DNA of 64,000 nucleotides, from positions 9,664 through 73,663 of the IMG/VR virus record IMGVR_UViG_3300037400_003374. One strand, 5' to 3'. The notes under the pieces were generated by a model. It ran no database searches and had not been told where the DNA came from. It was given only the letters and a program-made list of their open reading frames with translations. Positions 43,276-51,156 of this stretch are shown here, piece by piece. This DNA is from a virus. Taxonomy: Duplodnaviria; Caudoviricetes. The position numbers were made by a program, and so were the translations under genes. Within the stretch, counting starts at the first letter, position 1; every line of letters begins with the position of its first letter.

Positions 43276-43577
43276 GGGATGCTATCATGGGAACTTATGA
43301 CAGGGAGTATACTTACTGCCCTGTAAACGCTTACGGTAATTGCCCTTATTGTGATAAAAAGTGTATCTGTCACGTTGAAGACCCTTTGAAAGATTGCGAT
43401 GATTGGGGCATGTTCTGGGGCAGTTGGGATGAATGGAAAAGGATTGACTGGGTAACCGAGGACAATTCCGCACAGGACGAGATTGAATGGGCCGAAGAAA
43501 ACTACGGCTATGAAGAACCCGATAATATAGAAATGGGTTTTGACCCCTACGCAGGTTGTTATACAGATGACTGTTGA
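43272..43577 (+). CDS. Acidic Cys-rich hypothetical protein
   Basis: Start corrected to MRDAIMG (AGGAG RBS); CPYCDKKCIC cluster; ends MGFDPYAGCYTDDC. Confidence 0.7.
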   Translation: MRDAIMGTYDREYTYCPVNAYGNCPYCDKKCICHVEDPLKDCDDWGMFWGSWDEWKRIDWVTEDNSAQDEIEWAEENYGYEEPDNIEMGFDPYAGCYTDDC

Positions 43578-43706
43578 GCGGGTTAGCTTCGGCTAACCCT
43601 GCCGGCCAAAAATTTTTTTCGGAAACCTCTTGACAAGGCCGAAAAGTATGATATAATATACAGGAAAGTTGAAGGAAAACAACTCAAACCAGAAAGGTAT
43701 TTAAAA

Positions 43707-44372
43707 ATGAATTTCCTTGTACTTGATGGTGAGACTTGCAACACTCCCAAAATTGATGGCCAGTTAGATGTCAAAAATGGTCAGGTTTATGACCTTGGTG
43801 GAATGGTCATTGATGAGTATGGACAGGAAAAGATGCGGTTTAGCGTAGTAAATGAAGATGTATTCTTCAGAATGCCCTATCAGATGAAAGAAGCGTATTA
43901 CAGCGAAAAAATCCCGCAGTACATTAAAGACATTAACAGCGGGAAACGCAAGGTAGTAAATACTTGGCAGATGTGGAAAATGGTACAGAACATTTGCAAA
44001 GAATACAAAGTGCAGGCAATTGTTGCACATAATGCATACTTTGATATTCAGACATTAAATGCTACTATGCGCTATCAGACTAAATCAGCAAAGCGTTATT
44101 TCCTTCCCTATAAAATGAACGTCATTGACAGCTTAAAAGTTGCACGTAAAGTATTTAGCAATGATATTGATTACATTCAGTTCTGTAAGGAAAATGGCTA
44201 TATGACCAATACCAAAACCCCTCGCCCTAGACTTACCGCCGAAGTATTATGGCGCTATATCAGCAATGACAATGATTTCATTGAAAGTCATACAGGATTT
44301 GAAGATGTGGAAATTGAAAGCAAAATTTTTTCAAAATGTCTTGACAAAATCCGCAAACATGATATAATGTAA
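43707..44372 (+). CDS. DEDDh 3'-5' exonuclease, copy 2
   Basis: LDGET / AHNAYFD / HTGFED; shares ETCNTPKIDGQLD with copy 1. Confidence 0.85.
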   Translation: MNFLVLDGETCNTPKIDGQLDVKNGQVYDLGGMVIDEYGQEKMRFSVVNEDVFFRMPYQMKEAYYSEKIPQYIKDINSGKRKVVNTWQMWKMVQNICKEYKVQAIVAHNAYFDIQTLNATMRYQTKSAKRYFLPYKMNVIDSLKVARKVFSNDIDYIQFCKENGYMTNTKTPRPRLTAEVLWRYISNDNDFIESHTGFEDVEIESKIFSKCLDKIRKHDIM

Positions 44373-44398
44373 TCATCAACCAGAAAGGAATTGATAAT

Positions 44399-44536
44399 AT
44401 GAAAGTGTACATCAAGAATGTTGCTCAGGAACAGACAGTACGTGAACTTCCCTTTACTCATGCCCTTTGGCTTCGGTGGAAAGTCTTCACCATGTACGCC
44501 AAAAAGGGTAGGCCCATTGTCAGATTTTTAATCTGA
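44399..44536 (+). CDS. 45-aa peptide (not in the ORF track)
   Basis: Promoter and GAAAGGA RBS. Confidence 0.5.
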   Translation: MKVYIKNVAQEQTVRELPFTHALWLRWKVFTMYAKKGRPIVRFLI

Positions 44537-44583
44537 CCTTGGGCGGCCCTTCCATCAGAATTTAATAAAAGGAGAAATGAAAT

Positions 44584-44826
44584 ATGGATACTAACATGAC
44601 TATCGCCAATATGCTTTATGAAGCTAACAAGATGCCCTACGATGACGTGACATTACTGATTAAAAAGTTGCGGGCAGTCCAAGCACGAAAGGCATTACAG
44701 CGCCAGTTTCATGAGCGCATGAATGACTTGATTCAGGAAGCACGGGAACAGGGTTTTGAGTTTGTAGATCATACTTGCGGATACCTTTGGCGCGAAGACG
44801 AATTCACGGTATTTGATAACGAATGA
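44584..44826 (+). CDS. Small hypothetical protein
   Basis: AGGAG RBS. Confidence 0.65.
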   Translation: MDTNMTIANMLYEANKMPYDDVTLLIKKLRAVQARKALQRQFHERMNDLIQEAREQGFEFVDHTCGYLWREDEFTVFDNE

Positions 44827-44877
44827 TGGGAGAAATCCCATCATTCGGGAGCCCGCCGGCACGCTAGGCCCACTTTG

Positions 44878-45383
44878 TCAAGAGTGGGCGTTGCAAGCGT
44901 AGTCAATAATTACGGGATGCCCTTCTTTCCAGCCATAATTCTGATTGTGTACGTCATAAATATGTTCCATAACCCAATCGCATTCATCGCCTACCAAATA
45001 CTCATAAACGTCATACTGATATTTACCAATTCCAGGAATTCTAGGCATGATGCAGAAGGAATGGCCCATATATTCAACCATGGTGGGTTTTGCTAACAGA
45101 TGAGCAAAACCCTCTTTTTCTGCCAAAGCATACAACTTAACTTCATCAGCACAGGAACCAAAGTCATGCACATTACGATAAGAACCAAAATCATATTTGA
45201 TAACATAGTCAGAAGTAATAAAGCACACACGAGTCAGGCATGTGTAAACACAACATGACGCTGATGGTCATAGTTAAAATGACGCACTGCCTTTTCAAAC
45301 TGATGCCAGCTATCACAATTGGCGATATAGTCATAGAACTGATGCAGGAACTTCTCAGCGCGAACTTCATAACTAGTCTTCAT
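44878..45383 (-). pseudogene. Frameshifted paralog of the 37038 kinase-like gene
   Basis: MKTSYEVRAEKF... reads into TGA near 45235. One base is missing at CAT-GCC-TGA (expected CAT-GGC-CTG, H-G-L-T-R). The downstream frame carries YVIK, DVHNQN and DYA. Confidence 0.75.
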
Positions 45384-45649
45384 ACTTCATTCCTCCCTTT
45401 CATGAGTAGAGTATAGCATACTATTAAAATCCTGTCAAGCACTTTTTGAAAAAAATTTTCGGCGCGCCGGCGCGGTTAGATGCGTCTAACTGTTTGACAA
45501 TTTTTAAATTTTAGAGTATAATATATATGAAAGTTGAGGGAAGAAATTCAAAAAAATGAAAATTTCCTCTTGACAAACTTTCAGACCCATGCTATAATAG
45601 ACCCATCAAGTGAAGGAAAACACTTAAAAACCAGAAAGGAAAATACCTC

Positions 45650-45820
45650 ATGCGTTACTATGTTACATTCATCCTTTGCAAGAATGGTGAAATTCTCAGA
45701 CTTTGGAACAGTTCAGACCGCTTTGCAGAACGAGTAAAAGCAATGGAGATGGCACAGACTCTTGTGAGGAATATCCAAGATAGTGGATATAGCATTTATT
45801 ATAAAATTAAGGAAATATAA
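45650..45820 (+). CDS. 56-aa hypothetical protein (not in the ORF track)
   Basis: Promoter and shared leader motif. Confidence 0.55.
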   Translation: MRYYVTFILCKNGEILRLWNSSDRFAERVKAMEMAQTLVRNIQDSGYSIYYKIKEI

Positions 45821-45908
45821 AAATTCTTCTTGACAAGCTTCCCGATTCATGCTATAATCAATACATCAAGTGAAGGAAAACACTTCAAACCAGAAAGGAT
45901 ATACCCTT

Positions 45909-46307
45909 ATGGCAAAAATTTCTAAGCCTGTTGTCGATGCTACTCTTCGTCTCGATGCATTTCAGTTCGCTTTTCCCGAATATTTTGACATTGACAATGC
46001 GGATGTTTCCGCAGACAAGGTAATTCGTTTCGATAAGGTAAATGATCGTCAGTTCGGCCTTATCATGAAGGACTTAAACGGAAACGAGCGTTACATCCGT
46101 ATCGGGGCGATTGTTGCAGAAGAACGTGAGGACATGACTGCACAGGAATTGATGCAGAAGGAAATTGATGACTATAACGCAAAAAAGGCCGATAAGGCCG
46201 AAAAGGCCAAAGCCAAGGCAGTGAAAATTGCCAAGGACAAGGCAAAGCGTGAACAGGCCAAAGCAGAGGACAAGGACGATGAAAATCAGTCCTTGCCCAT
46301 GAAGTGA
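45909..46307 (+). CDS. Hypothetical protein with Lys/Ala-rich tail
   Basis: Promoter and shared leader motif. Confidence 0.7.
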   Translation: MAKISKPVVDATLRLDAFQFAFPEYFDIDNADVSADKVIRFDKVNDRQFGLIMKDLNGNERYIRIGAIVAEEREDMTAQELMQKEIDDYNAKKADKAEKAKAKAVKIAKDKAKREQAKAEDKDDENQSLPMK

Positions 46308-46332
46308 CTATGTAAGGAAGGGGATATCAAAT

Positions 46333-46590
46333 ATGAGTAAAGTCGTGTATGTCTTATCCTATCAGGGTGAACCTGACCATGTTTATACCTCTCTTGAACC
46401 TTTGATTAAAATGTGCTACAAGTACATGAATGAACACCGCAGTGCCGAAGAAAAAATGTTCAACTACTGGTTAGAGGATAGATTCTATACAGAAGACACA
46501 GCAGAACAGGCTTGGAATGACTACATTGATTGGATTTTTGACTATGGTAAATGGGGCGATTACAGTTATCTTGAAGTACTGTTAGATTAA
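46333..46590 (+). CDS. Small hypothetical protein
   Basis: RBS and ORF. Confidence 0.65.
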   Translation: MSKVVYVLSYQGEPDHVYTSLEPLIKMCYKYMNEHRSAEEKMFNYWLEDRFYTEDTAEQAWNDYIDWIFDYGKWGDYSYLEVLLD

Positions 46591-46702
46591 TGCCAAGGGA
46601 GTTAGTTTAGGCTAACTCCCGCCGGCGCGAAAAAATTTTTGAAAACCGCTTGACATTTCCTTCAAAGTATACTATAATACTCTTGTCGAAAGGAAAGGAG
46701 CG

Positions 46703-47143
46703 ATGTTCATGACACAGGTTCAAGCAATTCGTCAGTTTGCTTCTTACGTTGCAAACACTAAAGCAGTAATTGCACGCACTCGGGAAGAATGGAGTATCAC
46801 CCTTGACTATCCTTATCCCTACTTGACTTTACCTAAAGACTTGATGGAAAATTCAGAAGGCGATAAAGCCTTTAGAAAAGACTTTGTTGCAAGGTGTCCC
46901 ATGGGTAGAGGTTTTGCAAACGTTACTTTATCTGTTTTACATGAAATCGGCCACTTCTTTACTAAAGAAATTTTCGACTCACAGGACATGGACGAATATG
47001 CAAAAGTAACCGAATATGAAGAATATTTTGCACTCCCTTGTGAAAAGGTAGCAACAGATTGGGCTATCAATTGGCTTCAGAACAAAGAACACCGTAAAGT
47101 AGCAAAAGCATTTGAAAAATCATTCTTTATTGGGAGGAACTAA
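46703..47143 (+). CDS. HEXXH zinc-metallopeptidase-like protein, copy 2
   Basis: VLHEIGHF plus CEKVATDWA. Confidence 0.7.
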   Translation: MFMTQVQAIRQFASYVANTKAVIARTREEWSITLDYPYPYLTLPKDLMENSEGDKAFRKDFVARCPMGRGFANVTLSVLHEIGHFFTKEIFDSQDMDEYAKVTEYEEYFALPCEKVATDWAINWLQNKEHRKVAKAFEKSFFIGRN

Positions 47144-47144
47144 T

Positions 47145-47360
47145 ATGTGCCAAATCAAAGAAACAGCGCTTTGCAAGTTTTGTCCGAACATTGATAAATG
47201 CCGAGAAGAACGTGACCAAATGTTATTCAAACTGGCATTTGATTGGTGGAATTTTGATAGAGTGCCTCCCGAATATTTAAGGACCGAAGAAGTAATACAG
47301 GCCCTTTTGGATTATATCCATGATAATCCCGAACGTTTTCGCGGCCAGCGCCCACAATGA
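47145..47360 (+). CDS. Small hypothetical protein
   Basis: GGAGG RBS; CxxC...C. Confidence 0.6.
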   Translation: MCQIKETALCKFCPNIDKCREERDQMLFKLAFDWWNFDRVPPEYLRTEEVIQALLDYIHDNPERFRGQRPQ

Positions 47361-47471
47361 TCGGGCGCGCCGGCAGGGTTAGATTTAACTAACTTGAAAA
47401 AATTTTCCCAAACCTCTTGACAGCTTTCCTGACTTATAGTATAATCAAGATGTTGAAAGGAGATGGACACC

Positions 47472-47615
47472 ATGAAAAAGACCAAAACCAAAGCGAAAAC
47501 TTGGACTGAAGTATTCCAGTCCGAAAGGAAAACTTGGGGCAACGTAAACCCAGTGACCAAGGTTATTCCAGACAAGAGATTTAAGAAGCCGAAGTACAAG
47601 AACTATGATGATTAA
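47472..47615 (+). CDS. 47-aa basic peptide (not in the ORF track)
   Basis: Promoter and AGGAG RBS. Confidence 0.55.
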   Translation: MKKTKTKAKTWTEVFQSERKTWGNVNPVTKVIPDKRFKKPKYKNYDD

Positions 47616-47628
47616 AGGAGAGATATGT

Positions 47629-47832
47629 ATGGTAACTCGTAGCTATTATGTTCCCCGCAATCAGATTGGGCGCTATGTAATGAATTTGGTAGTAGATAAT
47701 GTCGGTTGCAGTGTCGCAGATATTACCCCTAACGTCTCAGTTGAAGTTATCCGCTTTACTATCACTTGTCGTGATAGGGATATTCCCACTGTTGAACAGA
47801 TTTTAAAAAGTTACAATATGTTAGGAGATTGA
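47629..47832 (+). CDS. Small hypothetical protein
   Basis: AGGAG RBS. Confidence 0.6.
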   Translation: MVTRSYYVPRNQIGRYVMNLVVDNVGCSVADITPNVSVEVIRFTITCRDRDIPTVEQILKSYNMLGD

Positions 47833-47917
47833 CAATATGCATTTAACACCGCAAGATATCCAATACATTCAGGCCTTCCAGGCCTTTACGTAGGAAACAC
47901 TGGCAGCGGTCCGCCGC

Positions 47918-48067
47918 GCCGGCAAGTGTCACAACTTTACAGAAGGATTTTTTATTCGGTTACTGGACCTATTGGACAAGTTTAAAACAGAGTTCTGGAA
48001 CGTGCCGGCATAATTTGCCGGCACGCTTTTTCTGCCGGCAGGCTTGCCGGCGACTTTTTCTGCCGGC
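47918..48067. repeat. Cluster of six GCCGGC hexamers
   Basis: At 47918, 48004, 48017, 48034, 48046 and 48062. Confidence 0.85.
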
Positions 48068-48189
48068 GCGGTTAGTTATAACTAACTCACTATTATACTT
48101 TTGTAACTATTATGTCCTCGTCACTGTTACATGTTCATCACTGTCCCCTATATATTGGGGCGCGGCCACTATATCTTGTACCCCGCCGC

Positions 48190-48430
48190 GAGCTGGAAGC
48201 TGGGCCAGCTGCAAGCTGGCCCACAAGCTGGACAAGCTGGAAGCTGGAAATTCAAATAAGCTGGAAGCTGGAAAGTCAGTATAGACATAGCTGAGAAGCT
48301 GGAAAAAAATTGGCTTCACCAATTTTCGGCTTCGGACAAGCTGCAATATTCGGCTTGCAAGCTGGAAAGCTGGAACCCGTCACAAGCTGGAAATTCGTCG
48401 GAGCCTCTACGCGAGGCGCCGACAAGCTGA
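48190..48430 (+). repeat. Cluster of AAGCTGG-type repeats
   Basis: 16 AGCTG cores, about 11 of them exact AAGCTGG, all in one orientation. Confidence 0.85.
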
Positions 48431-48503
48431 AAAAGTCAAACATTTGACTTTTACAGAAAATCTGCTATAATATAATTGTAAGAATGAAAGGAGCTGGAAA
48501 ATA

Positions 48504-48671
48504 ATGTACCTGATAATTGGGCGCACGCAGGACGAGGACCCGCGCAACGATGTAATCTATGGTGTCTGCCGCAGCATGCAAAAAGCTGAAGAAGTTTGCT
48601 GCATAGCTGAAGCACAAGACGACGAGCAGCGCTATTACTTCTGGTTTCCTGTGCCAGAAATTAAAGGTTAA
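48504..48671 (+). CDS. 55-aa hypothetical protein (not in the ORF track)
   Basis: Promoter and AGGAG RBS. Confidence 0.55.
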   Translation: MYLIIGRTQDEDPRNDVIYGVCRSMQKAEEVCCIAEAQDDEQRYYFWFPVPEIKG

Positions 48672-48709
48672 ACATTTGACTTTTTCCTAAACTTCTGCTA
48701 TAATATATA

Positions 48710-48905
48710 TACAAAAGGAAATGAGGATGCACCCAATAAGTTCCTTTGTCGAGGAATTGGCATAAGCTGAGATCAGTAGCCTCGTTAAAAAATTGAGCTT
48801 AGCTTGACTTCAATAATCGGCCACAGGAAATCCGTTCAAGAGCAATGGATAAAAGCTGTGGTGGCGGTTTTAGTAAAATGTGCATGTTGTTACTAAAATT
48901 AGCCT
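48710..48905 (+). ncRNA. Candidate ~190-nt gene-less structured RNA
   Basis: Between two promoters; four consecutive predicted hairpins; no plausible plus-strand ORF. Confidence 0.5.
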
Positions 48906-49015
48906 CCCTAATATTTGACTTCTAGAGGAAAATCTGATATAATATAGATGTTCTGAGAGGATAATTTGTGCAGGGTGGACTGCCGTATACTAAACCACAG
49001 GAAAAGGAGTAAACT

Positions 49016-49507
49016 ATGACTATTAATGAACTGAACAAGGTACTTATGGGTGTTGACGGTGCCGTTATGGGCCGTGTTAAGAACAGCAACTTTGTGATTG
49101 TGCCCCTTGAAGATGGCGGCTACGCCAAGGTTAGTGTAAGCAAGGCCCTTATGGAAGGCACAAAGACTCATGCCGCATTTGACTATGAAACCGCTGTGGC
49201 CGATTACCAGACTTGGGAAGCTGCCGCTGCAATGCGTGAAGCTGAAAGGGCCAGCAAGCCCAAGACCGTAAAGGGTCCTTCCCCTGAAGCTCAGGCACGT
49301 AGAGATGAGCTGGACGCTATGATTGCTGGCCTCCCTGCTTTCACTGAGTATACCGCTACCGACATTCGCGCCGCTCTTGCAGACAAGCTTCCTGACAATG
49401 TGCTTGTGATGCAGGTAGGCCAGAGCGCACGCAGACTGGTTGAAAAGGGTGTACTTACTGTAACCTCGCACGAAGGCGACAAGAAGCCCTATTACACCAA
49501 GGCTTAA
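49016..49507 (+). CDS. Two-domain protein with a C-terminal winged HTH
   Basis: C-terminal TATDI...QVGQSARRLVEKGVL...KPYY; terminator at 49510-49535. Confidence 0.75.
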   Translation: MTINELNKVLMGVDGAVMGRVKNSNFVIVPLEDGGYAKVSVSKALMEGTKTHAAFDYETAVADYQTWEAAAAMREAERASKPKTVKGPSPEAQARRDELDAMIAGLPAFTEYTATDIRAALADKLPDNVLVMQVGQSARRLVEKGVLTVTSHEGDKKPYYTKA

Positions 49508-49602
49508 TAAAAGAAGGCGCAAACCTTCTTTTTTTGTACGCACTGTCAAACATTTGACTTTTATTAAAAATATGGTATAATAAAATGGGATAAGCTTTCA
49601 GC

Positions 49603-50949
49603 TTATCCCTCTTTTGCTTCTACGAGCGCAAGGAAGTCATTGTCCTTTATTTCCGCATCATGCCACTCGCCAGTAATATAGCACATCTATTGCTGCTTAC
49701 CTTTGATGGTCTTCTTCTTCTACTCTACCGTATACCCCAACATAGGCAAACAATCCTTTAAACTATTCCATGTCATTATCTTGGAATTATTCTTATTTGA
49801 CTTGTCCAAGCTGGGAACTGCCAATAGCTCCGCAAGCTGGCGGCATTCAGGAATAGTAAGCCAGCGGTTCATGTATTCCTCTGGTATCTCAGAGCAAAAG
49901 GTCTTCAAATGGCGCTGGTACTAGAATGTCTGCCGCGGCACCTATATTCTATCCTCCGCGTCATAGGAATCAATGATGACGTTGTCAAAGCGCCGATCCT
50001 TAATATTGATGCCACGCGCCAGCGCCTTATTGACTATGACAAAGTCATACTCCTGCGGCACCATACCAGTAGAAACGATAATGCCGTAAACGCGCTGCTA
50101 TTCCTCACTCATAGGTTTGTCATTATTGTTAATAGAATGCAACTCGATTGGATTAAAGCCCTGTTGGCGCGCCACATTCAAAATACTCTAATTAGGCTCT
50201 ATGAAAGGAGAGTAACACCAATAGCCCTTGCCAGGCTCTGGCCGCAGCTTCTTCACATGCGTTAGCACATTAGTAAAGTAAATGTCTGCGGCGATCCGAT
50301 ATCCAGCTTCTAGCTTACCAGTATTACTTGCGCTAATTAAGCTGGAATAATAGGCTTTTGCGCGCTCGGGCGTAGCGGATAGCCCAATGCATAAGATGCG
50401 TGCCTCGTTTACAATCTCTTCCCACTTGCCCAATAGAATAAGCGGCATGTACTCTTTCGTGCTGGAGTACGTCTGTATTACAGAAAGGATTTCGGCATTT
50501 GAAATTTCCTTATCCTTCCTGTTATAGTCGCGAGTGCGCGCGGTCCGAAAAGCTGCAACTGCGAAGTCGAAGATTGAATCGCACTCGTCCCAACATATTA
50601 CGTCTATGTTCTACAGAAACTCCGTGCCGCCTTTGAGCAGCTTAGCGCCCAACCCTTGATAGCACATCACCCCTATCTTATTGGTGGTTTCGCCCCATAA
50701 GGATGGCACCTCCCAAAGTATATCAGCATCGGCGCATGTGTCCCCGTAGGACTCCAGAATCTAGTCCTTCAGAGAGTTGGTGTCTACCAAATACAGCACT
50801 CGATTAAGCTGATCATCGCGCGTATACTCCTTTAGATGGTTAACTGCCCAATATGTTTTCCCAGTGCGCGTGCCGCAGTCTATTATGTTATAAACGCCGC
50901 GGCGAAAAACTAACTAATTTTGATTCGCTAGGTCTGTAACTGTTGTCAT
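49603..50949 (-). CDS. Superfamily-2 helicase (448 aa, TAG read-through)
   Basis: Motif I GTRTGKT, motif II WDECD, motif III SAT; the pieces are in frame only through TAG. Confidence 0.8.
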
Positions 50950-51075
50950 ACCTTTCACCTCTCATTATATTATAGCAGAATTTCATTTTCAAGTCAAGTA
51001 TTTTTTTCTGCCATAAAAAAGTAAAAATGTAATCCCGAAACTGGTACAATTTCATTTTCTAATTAGATTTTTTTG

Positions 51076-51156
51076 TAATAAAAAAATGTAGTAGATTTTT
51101 TACTACCCCCCTCCCCCCTATATAGGTAGTAAAAAAAATACTACATTTTTTTATTA
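51076..51156. repeat. Long imperfect inverted repeat (~31-bp arms, C-rich loop)
   Basis: TAATAAAAAAATGTAGTAGATTTTTTACTACC ... GGTAGTAAAAAAAATACTACATTTTTTTATTA. Confidence 0.8.

Noticed and set aside
26450-48100. Classical integron (intI + attC)
   Set aside because: No integrase is in the window. The isolated sites are 16-bp GTTAG-N6-CTAAC, not 55-140-bp attC hairpins, and cassettes carry their own promoters. Only an analogy is claimed.
48015-48346. ORFs spanning the GCCGGC and AAGCTGG clusters
   Set aside because: They are products of repeat translation, with no RBS or promoter context.
35634-49549. Minus-strand ORFs such as 39992-40459, 41094-41753, 47312-47599 and 48908-49549
   Set aside because: They are antisense to promoter/RBS-supported plus-strand genes and run through promoters and terminators.
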